Source of the DNA: Candidatus Cloacimonadales bacterium
GTDB taxonomy: Bacteria > Cloacimonadota > Cloacimonadia > Cloacimonadales > JAIOQZ01
Direction of reading: 5' to 3'
NCBI GenBank assembly: GCA_963674825.1
Contig: OY771587.1
Coordinates: 800,001-864,000 of the forward strand
Length of the DNA: 64,000 nt
Shown: piece by piece, positions 56,184 through 64,000 of the stretch
Numbering within the stretch: the first letter of the stretch is position 1
How the letters are laid out: each line of letters opens with the position of its first letter
The notes under the pieces: model-generated
Told to the model about the DNA's origin: nothing
Seen by the model: only the letters and a program-made list of their open reading frames with translations
The model's database searches: none
Program-made: the position numbers and the translations under genes

Positions 56184-57506
56184 TTAAAACGGCATATTCA
56201 TCATGCGCTTGCCGGCTTTAGGATTACTGAAATTTTTGATCATTTTTTTCATCTGTTCAAACTGCTTAAGCAAACGGTTAATATCCTGCACCGTCGTGCC
56301 GCTTCCGGTCGCAATGCGCTTTCTGCGGCTACCGCCGATGATCTCCGGGCGCTCCCGTTCACTGGGCGTCATGGAATAGATGATCGCTTCGATCCGCTTG
56401 AGATCTTTTTCATCGACCTTCACGTTTTTCAGCATACTCTTATTTACGCCAGGCATCATACCTAAGATCTGATCCAGCGGCCCCATATTGCGAACCTGAT
56501 GAATCTGATCCAGGAAATCGTCGAAGGTGAACTGGTTCTTTTTCAGCCGATTCGCAAGCTTCTCCGCTTTCTCCTGGTCGATCGCCTTCTCTGCCTTTTC
56601 TATCAGGCTGAGGACATCGCCCATTCCTAAAATGCGTGAAGCCATCCGATCGGGATGAAACTCCTCCAGATCACTGGTTTTTTCACCGGTTCCGACAAAC
56701 ACAACCGGCTTGTCGGTCACCGACTTGATAGACAGCGCAGCGCCACCACGGGCATCGCCATCCATCTTGGTAAGGATCACACCGTCGAAAGACAGACGAT
56801 CATTGAATTCGCGCGCAACAGTCACCGCGTCCTGCCCCGTCATCGCGTCTGCAACGAAGAAGATATAATCTGGCTTGATGAAGCTCTTGAGCTCCTCGAG
56901 TTCGAACATCATCTTCTCATCGATGTGAAGGCGTCCTGCCGTATCGAATATAAGCAGATTGACCATATTCTTGTCGGCATAATCAACGGCCTTCTTCGCG
57001 ATCTTTACCACATCCTTGGTCTCGTCGGAGATAACGGGTATGTCGAGCTGTTTACCAAGGACTTGGAGCTGGTGGATCGCGGCGGGACGATAGACATCAC
57101 AGGCAACCAGCGTTGGCGTGTTGCCTTTCTTACGGTAAAAGGCGGCGAGCTTCGAACAGGCGGTCGTTTTACCCGAGCCCTGGAGGCCAACCAGCATGAT
57201 CTTGTTGATCCGGTTGGTCTGAAGCTGGATCTTCACGATTTTATCGCCCATCAGACGAATCAGTTCTTCGTGGACGATCTTGACAACTTGCTGTCCGGGC
57301 ACCAGGCTTTTCATCACCTCCTGCCCGACGGCACGTTCCTGAACGTCCTGAACGAACTGCTTTACTATCTTGAAATTTACGTCCGCTTCCAGGAGCGCGC
57401 GTCGTACTTCACGAAGGGATTCCTTGATGTTGGCCTCGGTAAGCTTACCGTAGCCGCGCATTTTCTTGAAAATCCCATCCAGCCGTTCGCTCAATTCACC
57501 GAACAT
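56184..57506 (-). CDS. ffh: Signal recognition particle protein
   Basis: ALLEADV, GLQGSGKTT, DTAGR, TKMDGDARGG, Met-rich M domain. Confidence 0.98.
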   Translation of the reverse strand: MFGELSERLDGIFKKMRGYGKLTEANIKESLREVRRALLEADVNFKIVKQFVQDVQERAVGQEVMKSLVPGQQVVKIVHEELIRLMGDKIVKIQLQTNRINKIMLVGLQGSGKTTACSKLAAFYRKKGNTPTLVACDVYRPAAIHQLQVLGKQLDIPVISDETKDVVKIAKKAVDYADKNMVNLLIFDTAGRLHIDEKMMFELEELKSFIKPDYIFFVADAMTGQDAVTVAREFNDRLSFDGVILTKMDGDARGGAALSIKSVTDKPVVFVGTGEKTSDLEEFHPDRMASRILGMGDVLSLIEKAEKAIDQEKAEKLANRLKKNQFTFDDFLDQIHQVRNMGPLDQILGMMPGVNKSMLKNVKVDEKDLKRIEAIIYSMTPSERERPEIIGGSRRKRIATGSGTTVQDINRLLKQFEQMKKMIKNFSNPKAGKRMMNMPF

Positions 57507-58144
57507 CGAAGCCTCTCAATCTGTTTCTCATAGTGATCCGATTGGAATATATACGAACCCGCCACGAACATGGTAACACCGGCCTCAGCCAGACTGCCTA
57601 TGTTCGTGTGAGTAACACCGCCGTCGATTTCGATCTCGACCTCAGCGCCTATACGGGTCATTTCATCTTTTAACATTTTGATTTTATCATAGACCAGTGG
57701 CAGAAATTTCTGTCCACCGTATCCAGGATTTACACTCATCAGCAGCACGAAATCCAGCTCGGGCAGTATGGGGAAAATATCCTGCACCGGCTTGCCGGGG
57801 TTTAGCGCCAGTCCTGCCTTCATTCCCAGTTCCTGTATTAACCGAACTTCCCGATGCACGTGAAATACCGTTTCGGGATGGAATGAGACATAGGTGACGC
57901 CAGCCTCCGCCAGCGGTTGGAAGTAGTCATGCGGATTTGTTACCATGAGGTGCGCGTCCATCGGCTTCGTCGCAATTTTAGCGATCTGACCGATGATTGG
58001 CATACCAAAGGTGGTATTGGGCACAAAGTGACCATCCATCACATCGAGGTGGATAATATCCGCCCCAGCATTCTCTATGGATCGTATCTCTTCTCCCAGC
58101 TTCATAAAATCGGCTGAAAGGATCGACGGTGCTATTTTAACCAT
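57491..58144 (-). CDS. rpe: Ribulose-phosphate 3-epimerase
   Basis: IAPSILSADF, HLDVMDGHFVPN, MSVNPGYGGQ, IDGG. Confidence 0.96.
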   Translation of the reverse strand: MVKIAPSILSADFMKLGEEIRSIENAGADIIHLDVMDGHFVPNTTFGMPIIGQIAKIATKPMDAHLMVTNPHDYFQPLAEAGVTYVSFHPETVFHVHREVRLIQELGMKAGLALNPGKPVQDIFPILPELDFVLLMSVNPGYGGQKFLPLVYDKIKMLKDEMTRIGAEVEIEIDGGVTHTNIGSLAEAGVTMFVAGSYIFQSDHYEKQIERLRCSVN

Positions 58145-58442
58145 GAATCCGCTTTCGGCTCCTGATAAAGAAGACAAGCTCTTCGACTTTCACATCCGTC
58201 TGTGCGTTTAAATTCGCCAGAAGACGCTTACGGTCGAGAACAAGCTCCTGCATCCAGACGCTGTTCTCAACGCCAATGTGTAGTGTTCCGTTCTCAAAAC
58301 GATCGACAAAGCTTCTTTCTGCGATGAGATCGCCAACGACCTTCTTCCAATGTATGCACAATGTCAGAAAATCCCGGTTCTCTTCACCGGCGATTCGATA
58401 TAGAAGCTTCTCGACCGCGCTTTCAGCACGGACGATACTCAT
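58137..58442 (-). CDS. dciA: DciA/DUF721 family protein
   Basis: W..VVG..IA......F.NG.L.I.V.NSVWMQEL. Confidence 0.8.
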   Translation of the reverse strand: MSIVRAESAVEKLLYRIAGEENRDFLTLCIHWKKVVGDLIAERSFVDRFENGTLHIGVENSVWMQELVLDRKRLLANLNAQTDVKVEELVFFIRSRKRIHG

Positions 58443-58445
58443 GAA

Positions 58446-59003
58446 CTACTCGGCCTTAGTGGTAAATAAGGAAATTCCCCACCAGGAGAGCAGCGCAAGT
58501 GCAAGCGCCGTGTAATAAGCCATCCCCAGCGAACCATAGCTGGTATCGAAACGCATGATCACGATCGCCGGAACGAACGCAAGAACGATCAGCAGAATAT
58601 AACCTGCAATCGAAGTAGCGCGTGAACGGTTGATCAGAATTACGCTGACGACACCAAGGCCAACCAGAATCGCGGTTCCGATAACGGTTACGATACCGGT
58701 TCCGAAGCTCAACAAACCCGGGAATAATGACAGGAACATACGTACGGGCGTATAGAGCGCTACAAGTACGAGGAACCCACCAAGGATCTTGTTGATCAGA
58801 GTCTTGGTTGCGGGATTGATCTCCTGCCGGCGCTGATGTGTTTTCGAATAGAAATACACACCGACGAATATCAGCAGGAAAAATACCATATAGGCCGGGA
58901 TCATGACGGCGGCATTGTCGGTCGCAAAACCGATTGAGGCGAAACAAAACAACAGGACAATCCAGCCAATCGTTTTGAACACAGTCATAAGATGCTGTTT
59001 CAA
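58446..59003 (-). CDS. Hypothetical multi-pass membrane protein
   Basis: About 6 hydrophobic segments; inside the operon with RBS GGGAGG. Confidence 0.75.
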   Translation of the reverse strand: MKQHLMTVFKTIGWIVLLFCFASIGFATDNAAVMIPAYMVFFLLIFVGVYFYSKTHQRRQEINPATKTLINKILGGFLVLVALYTPVRMFLSLFPGLLSFGTGIVTVIGTAILVGLGVVSVILINRSRATSIAGYILLIVLAFVPAIVIMRFDTSYGSLGMAYYTALALALLSWWGISLFTTKAE

Positions 59004-59014
59004 ATCAACCTCCC

Positions 59015-59527
59015 CTATTCGTTGATTTCTGCTACCTCTTCAGCTTTCTCTTCAACTTTTTCAGCAGCTTTTTCTTCTTCGTCTTCTTCTTTTACCACGA
59101 CCACTTTAACGTTGGCAACCACATCGGTAGCGAATTTCACGAAGACTGTTGTCTCGCTGATTTCTTTGATGTGTTTTTCCATGTGGATCATGGATTTGTG
59201 GATGTTCATGTCTTTCTTTTCGAGCTCATGAACAATGTCCACTTCGGAGACGGAACCGAACAGGTGACCATTCTCGTCCGCTTTGCGTTCGAAGCGAATT
59301 TCCACGTTGTCCAAAGCTTTAGCAAGCGCTTTTAATTCGTCCAGCTTTTTCAGGCGTTCCTCTTCAGCTTTCTGTTTGATCGCAGCAACGCGATTCATAT
59401 TGCCCTTCGTCGCAAAGATAGCTAACTTTTTTGGCACGAGATAATTACGGGCATAGCCGTCCTTCACCTTGAGAAGATCGCCGGCTGCACCGAGTTTTTC
59501 TACGTCAGTCATCAGAATGACCTTCAT
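59015..59527 (-). CDS. rplI: 50S ribosomal protein L9
   Basis: MKVIL..DV..LG..G....VKDGYARNYL; LFGSV. Confidence 0.97.
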   Translation of the reverse strand: MKVILMTDVEKLGAAGDLLKVKDGYARNYLVPKKLAIFATKGNMNRVAAIKQKAEEERLKKLDELKALAKALDNVEIRFERKADENGHLFGSVSEVDIVHELEKKDMNIHKSMIHMEKHIKEISETTVFVKFATDVVANVKVVVVKEEDEEEKAAEKVEEKAEEVAEINE

Positions 59528-60395
59528 CTATTTCCTCCATGTTTGTAATTTTACGAAAATCAAACCATATATCGAATACACCCATCAATGCGATCAGGCC
59601 CAGCATATACGAGTTGAGCAGAATCGCGAATATCAGGATGAATGACAAGACTCTCGACTCTCGGAACATTTTGCCCCAGTAGAAATCGAGAATCGCAACG
59701 CCCTGGATAAGAAACAACCCCGTCAGCGAGATCAGGACGTTTCCCCCTATGACATTTGTCAAAGGTATCAGAAACATCACCAATCCAGCTATCAAAAGGT
59801 AAACCAGGGGAAATGGCATTCTCAGCCTTTTGTGTACCCACATCAGTGGAATTCTCCGGGAAAGGATCACCGCGCCAAGATAGATCGCGATAATCATGGA
59901 AAGAATCCAGGCCGAAGGATAGTAGTTCAGGAAGAAGTCCTTGAAGTTGGACCAGAAGTCCAGGATAACCTGGATCTGCTCCTGGGTGTAATCCCCTTCT
60001 TTAACGATCTGCATGAAGGTTTCGAACCCGTTTGCAATCAACTGATGATAGAACTTCCCGAACAAAACAGCCTTCGTGGCCATATACACCGAAATCCAGC
60101 CTGCTGCCGACAGCACTGCTTGCAGGTAGCTCCCAAAGCGTGCAAGGATCAGCATAAACAGATAGGACGTTCCGGCAACGGCCAGAATGGAGTCCGCCAT
60201 TTGCGCCGTCTCGATCACTTCGCCAAACCACATTCCTGTGATAACGAGCGCAAAGACAGCGTAGAGAATCCCGGCGTTTACATGACCGAGAAATAAATTT
60301 TTGCCACTTATACCAATTAGAAAGATCAGAGCCAGCGCTGGGGAAATCAATGAAAGGATCGCCGCAACGACCGGCTGGATAATCAGGCTAATCAC
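59505..60395 (-). CDS. DUF2232 (YybS-like) membrane protein
   Basis: Multi-TM; ends G.FD.WFDFRK; lies between rpsR and rplI. Confidence 0.8.
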   Translation of the reverse strand: MISLIIQPVVAAILSLISPALALIFLIGISGKNLFLGHVNAGILYAVFALVITGMWFGEVIETAQMADSILAVAGTSYLFMLILARFGSYLQAVLSAAGWISVYMATKAVLFGKFYHQLIANGFETFMQIVKEGDYTQEQIQVILDFWSNFKDFFLNYYPSAWILSMIIAIYLGAVILSRRIPLMWVHKRLRMPFPLVYLLIAGLVMFLIPLTNVIGGNVLISLTGLFLIQGVAILDFYWGKMFRESRVLSFILIFAILLNSYMLGLIALMGVFDIWFDFRKITNMEEIDEGHSDD

Positions 60396-60413
60396 GGCCT
60401 GAAATACCTCGAA

Positions 60414-60647
60414 TTAGAGCGCGCGATACGGAAGCAGTGCCATCTGCCGGGCTTTCTTGATTTCCCGGACCAGTCTACGCTGGTGCTTGGCACAGGTTCC
60501 CGTAATGCGAGTCGGTTCGATCTTGCCGGATTCGGCTACATAGTACTTGAGCGAGTCAATGTTCTTGTAGTCAATTACGAGGTCCGGCTTAGAGCAGAAT
60601 TTGCAGTATTTTTTTCTGAATTTTTTTCTGGAATCGAATCTACGCAT
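60414..60647 (-). CDS. rpsR: 30S ribosomal protein S18 (Zn-binding form)
   Basis: [27 protein letters not shown]; start ATG 60647 (RBS AAGGAG). Confidence 0.97.
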   Translation of the reverse strand: MRRFDSRKKFRKKYCKFCSKPDLVIDYKNIDSLKYYVAESGKIEPTRITGTCAKHQRRLVREIKKARQMALLPYRAL

Positions 60648-60663
60648 GGTATCTCCTTGAAAT

Positions 60664-61101
60664 TTAGAATGGGACGTCATCGTCCGTCACATCTGACGGC
60701 GGCATGTTGTCGTTGTAGTTGGCAGGGCTGGAATTACTTCCACCCGATCGGTCACCCCATTCGAGAAAGTGGATGTTGGTCGCAACGATCTCGACGCTCT
60801 TTCGGTTCTGATTGTTTTTATCGACCCAATTGCGAGTCTGGATACGTCCTTCGACGAGGATGGGGCTACCCTTATGCAGTTCTTCGGCGCAGCGTTCGGC
60901 CAGCTTTGACCAAGCAACGACGTCGATGAAGTGCGATTCTTCGTGGCCTTCTCCTGATTGGTCGCGGAAAAAGCGACTGAATGCGAGAGAGAGACCAGCT
61001 ATAGGGGTACCATTTTGTGTGTATCGAAGTTCAACATCCCGGGTAATTCGACCGGAAATCGTGATGTAATTGATTTTTGGTAACCGCAAATCGCCTGCCA
61101 T
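60664..61101 (-). CDS. ssb: Single-stranded DNA-binding protein
   Basis: OB-fold motifs ELRYT..G, KGS..LVEGR; acidic tail DDDVPF. Confidence 0.96.
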   Translation of the reverse strand: MAGDLRLPKINYITISGRITRDVELRYTQNGTPIAGLSLAFSRFFRDQSGEGHEESHFIDVVAWSKLAERCAEELHKGSPILVEGRIQTRNWVDKNNQNRKSVEIVATNIHFLEWGDRSGGSNSSPANYNDNMPPSDVTDDDVPF

Positions 61102-61110
61102 GTGTTACTC

Positions 61111-61398
61111 CTAATCGTTTTCGGTAAGGATGTTGTAACGCAGGACAAGTTCGCTGATGCGAAGGTGCCGTTCGAGTTCGTCGATCATCTTGGGGTCAAG
61201 ATTGTAGTAGTTTACGAAGTAGTAGCCTTCACGTCTCTTCTTGATTTCATAAGCGAGTTTACGCTTTCCCCATTTCGCGGTTTCGAGGATTTCGCCACCC
61301 TCTTGTTTAATTAATTCAAGAACGGCCTGATTTTCTTTCACAGCCTGTTCTTCGGTAAGCTCGGGGTCAAACACGAGCATACTCTCGTACTTTCTCAT
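61111..61398 (-). CDS. rpsF: 30S ribosomal protein S6
   Basis: MRKYE, WGKRKLAYEI. Confidence 0.97.
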   Translation of the reverse strand: MRKYESMLVFDPELTEEQAVKENQAVLELIKQEGGEILETAKWGKRKLAYEIKKRREGYYFVNYYNLDPKMIDELERHLRISELVLRYNILTEND

Positions 61399-61991
61399 TC
61401 ATTTCCTCCTTTGGTCTGATGATCCTGAAGAACTTCTTCAGAATAGGATCTTTTTATCTTACTTAAAGTATCTAATACTCTTTGGAACGGATTGCGCGCA
61501 TAGCATTCCAGAAGATCGCAACAGGTATCGATCGTGGCCTTAAGCTGCTCAGCTTCATCATCTTGAAACTTCGCCAGCACGTATTTCCGCAATTGCTGCC
61601 TGTTGGGATTTCCGATACCAATACGCATCCTGTTGAATTCGCCGGTACCGTGCATCTGGATGATATTATCCACACCGTTGTGTCCACCGGCACTGCCTCG
61701 TGTTCGGAGCCTAATGTCTCCGAGCGGAAGATTGACATCGTCAAACACGACCAGCATATCATCGAAGTCGTGCTTGCTTGCAATCTTTGCAGTGACGATT
61801 CCGCTCCGGTTCATGTAGAGTAGCGGTTTTACGATATAGAGTTCGCGGTATCTCGCAAACTGGTAATCGACGCCATCACCGAACCGGATTTCGTTCCGTT
61901 TTGCAAACTCGTCAAGGATCAAAAAACCTATGTTATGCCTGGTAAGCCGGTATTCTTCACCCGGATTACCAAGTCCAACAACTAATTTCAT
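61395..61991 (-). CDS. pth: Peptidyl-tRNA hydrolase
   Basis: VGLGNPG..Y..TRHNIGF, YMN.SG, GGHNG. Confidence 0.96.
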   Translation of the reverse strand: MKLVVGLGNPGEEYRLTRHNIGFLILDEFAKRNEIRFGDGVDYQFARYRELYIVKPLLYMNRSGIVTAKIASKHDFDDMLVVFDDVNLPLGDIRLRTRGSAGGHNGVDNIIQMHGTGEFNRMRIGIGNPNRQQLRKYVLAKFQDDEAEQLKATIDTCCDLLECYARNPFQRVLDTLSKIKRSYSEEVLQDHQTKGGNE

Positions 61992-62605
61992 TATTCGGTT
62001 TCGGTAGCTTCAGCTTCCTCGCCTTCTTCACCTTCGTCTTCAGATGTTTCCTTGTGTGCTCTCGGCACGTGTACGGAAACGACGGGAAGTTCTTCAGCGA
62101 CTTTGGTTGTCATTTCGCCAAGGTCAAGATCGCCGACGGTGATAACATCATGCAGCTGCAGCCCGGAGATATTAACAACGATATCGTCCTTGATGTTTTT
62201 CGGCAGACTGTGACAGGTAAGCGTACGCATCATGATTTCAAGATGTCCACCCTGTTTTGTTCCTGGTGCTTCGCCTTCGAACTGAATCGGCACATCGACC
62301 TGGATTTCCTTTCCAGCGTGTAGTTCCTGGAAATCGATGTGGATAATAAGACGCGATACTGGGTGTATCTGTTTGTCTTTGATGATGGTGCGAACTTGCT
62401 CACCATCGATGTTCAGATCATAGAACGCCAATTGACCGAAGCTCTTTTTATATACAGAAAAGAAGTCTCTGTAATTGAGAAAAATCGGCATACCTTCCTT
62501 GCCTTCGCCATAGACGACAGCAGGGATGAACCCGTCTTTACGCAGGTTTTTAATATCCGATTTCTTGCCAAGCTCGCGTTTCTGTGCCTGGATTTTCAAA
62601 TTCAT
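61991..62605 (-). CDS. rplY: 50S ribosomal protein L25/CTC
   Basis: IPAVVYG, QIHPV....HIDF, G.K.GG. Confidence 0.95.
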   Translation of the reverse strand: MNLKIQAQKRELGKKSDIKNLRKDGFIPAVVYGEGKEGMPIFLNYRDFFSVYKKSFGQLAFYDLNIDGEQVRTIIKDKQIHPVSRLIIHIDFQELHAGKEIQVDVPIQFEGEAPGTKQGGHLEIMMRTLTCHSLPKNIKDDIVVNISGLQLHDVITVGDLDLGEMTTKVAEELPVVSVHVPRAHKETSEDEGEEGEEAEATETE

Positions 62606-62619
62606 AGCATCCTCCGCTT

Positions 62620-63564
62620 CTATCGAAATAGAATACTGATCGATTCTTCGATATGTATCTTTTTTATCGCAATCGCCAGCAATTCGGCTATCGAAAGCTG
62701 GACAATCTTCTTGCTCTGTTTCTTCTCACCCAGAGGCACTGTGTTCGTAATAAACAGCTTCTCGATGGGCGAGCTCTCTATATTCTGTAGTGCGTTACCC
62801 GAAAGTACACCGTGCGCGCATGCCGCATAAATCTTCTCAGCGCCGAAGTCCTTCAGCCCCTTGGCGATCTTGCAGAGGCTTCCCGCCGTGTCAACGATAT
62901 CGTCAAACAGAATCGCAGTCTTGCCTTTCACATCGCCAATGATATTCAGTACCTCAGCGTTATCGTCATTTCCGACTCTGCGCTTATCGCCAATCGCCAG
63001 GCCCAGGTTGAGCCTGTCTGCGAATCCGCGCGCGCGGTTCGCACCACCCGAATCGGGAGAAACGACGACCGCATTGGTCAGATCAATATTCGCTTTGAAG
63101 AACCTTGCGAAGATCGGCAGCGAGATCAGATGATCCACCGGGATGTTAAAAAATCCCTGGATCTGATCGGCGTGCAGATCGACGGTAATCACGCGATGAG
63201 CTCCGGCAGTCTCGATGAGATCGGCCACCAGCTTCGCGGTAATCGGCACACGCGGTTGATCCTTTTTATCGGATCGAGCGTATCCATAATAGGGTATCAC
63301 ACAATTAATCCGGCTTGCCGACGCTCTCTTGAGTGCGTCGATCATGATCAACAGCTCCATGAGGTTGTCGTTCACCGGGTAACATACTGGCTGTATAATG
63401 AACACGTCGGCACCACGGACGTTTTCGTTGATCTTCACGAACGAATCGTCGTTCGAGAACTTGAAAACTTCCGCATCACCAAGCGGGATACCGGCAAGTG
63501 TTGTCACTTCCTTTGCCAGTTCTACGTTAGCGCGACCGGTAAAAATCCGTAAACGCGAGAACAT
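62620..63564 (-). CDS. prs: Ribose-phosphate pyrophosphokinase
   Basis: IPYYGYAR, DLHA.QIQGFF, VVSPD.GG, DDIVDTAGS. Confidence 0.97.
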   Translation of the reverse strand: MFSRLRIFTGRANVELAKEVTTLAGIPLGDAEVFKFSNDDSFVKINENVRGADVFIIQPVCYPVNDNLMELLIMIDALKRASASRINCVIPYYGYARSDKKDQPRVPITAKLVADLIETAGAHRVITVDLHADQIQGFFNIPVDHLISLPIFARFFKANIDLTNAVVVSPDSGGANRARGFADRLNLGLAIGDKRRVGNDDNAEVLNIIGDVKGKTAILFDDIVDTAGSLCKIAKGLKDFGAEKIYAACAHGVLSGNALQNIESSPIEKLFITNTVPLGEKKQSKKIVQLSIAELLAIAIKKIHIEESISILFR

Positions 63565-63565
63565 C

Positions 63566-64000
63566 TCACACCGCCTTACATTTTTTCATTGTCCGTGTGA
63601 GGCAGGTCCAATAACCTTTCTCCTCAAAACGGCGGACAACATCCCTGGTATCAATCGAGTCATCGAGGTAACCGATGCATGTTGGGCCACTGCCCGATAG
63701 CATCGCCGGGATTCCGCTGTTCTCCATCTCCACGATAATCTCGTCGATGATGGGATACTGCTTCCTGATTCCGGGCTCCAGCACGTTGTTGAGCTGTCCC
63801 GATACCAGATAATCCCGCATCTCCCGCATCAACCTCGAACGGTCTTTCGCGGCTGCATTCACAGCGTAAAGCTTGTAGGCTTCCGCGCTGGAAACATCGA
63901 ATCTTGGATTGACCAGCAGGATTTCCTGCTCCGGTAAATCCGGCAAAGGTTCGATCGTCTCGCCTCGTCCAGTTCCAAGCGCCATGCCTCCTTCGAGGAA
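63566..64000 (-). CDS. ispE: 4-diphosphocytidyl-2-C-methyl-D-erythritol kinase, C-terminal part (truncated by window edge)
   Basis: FLEGG.A.GTGRGE, MLSGSGPT; upstream of prs. Confidence 0.85.
   Translation of the reverse strand, partial: FLEGGMALGTGRGETIEPLPDLPEQEILLVNPRFDVSSAEAYKLYAVNAAAKDRSRLMREMRDYLVSGQLNNVLEPGIRKQYPIIDEIIVEMENSGIPAMLSGSGPTCIGYLDDSIDTRDVVRRFEEKGYWTCLTRTMKKCKAV

Noticed and set aside
56655..63552. Long plus-strand ORFs opposite ffh (292 aa) and prs (246 aa)
   Set aside because: Antisense shadows of highly conserved genes.
1..64000. CRISPR array, rRNA or recognisable riboswitch
   Set aside because: No regularly spaced repeat-spacer array, rRNA-like sequence or familiar riboswitch consensus seen by eye; an Rfam scan could still find weak elements.

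Overview
Bacterial chromosomal window, most likely from a Cloacimonadota (WWE1)-type diderm. This is inferred from several secreted proteins ending in YPNPFNPE...KxxLxK/KxxMxK FlgD-Ig/T9SS-like domains, a TPR-fused sigma-54 activator and LPS genes (kdsB, GT9). Left part (1-25 kb): secreted CTD proteins, GNATs, a VirK-like protein, an M20 peptidase-dapB-dapF operon, flhF-flhG-orf, tRNA-Arg(UCG), a tandem array of three GLUG-type proteins, two LPP20-like lipoproteins, kdsB and mnmG. Middle (about 25.5-41.4 kb): an accessory region with a 2181-aa repeat protein carrying a recent 1.2-kb internal duplication, two decayed IS3-family remnants and a decayed YhcG/DUF1016 gene. It also holds a compact, apparently self-contained sigma-54 module: TPR-AAA+ activator, four GTCC-N6-GGAC-type sites, an IHF-like box, a -24/-12 promoter, a small receiver-like ORF and a 1348-aa LamG/Ig/FG-GAP surface protein. 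Right part: wzx and GT4, a sigma-54-driven flgB-flgC-orf-fliE-fliF-fliG-fliH-fliI operon, ridA, an FG-GAP protein with an in-frame palindromic insertion, and the housekeeping run ispE-prs-rplY-pth-rpsF-ssb-rpsR-DUF2232-rplI-orf-dciA-rpe-ffh-rpsP-khpA-rimM-trmD-MTase-rplS. All calls come from motif recognition by eye; no database searches were run.
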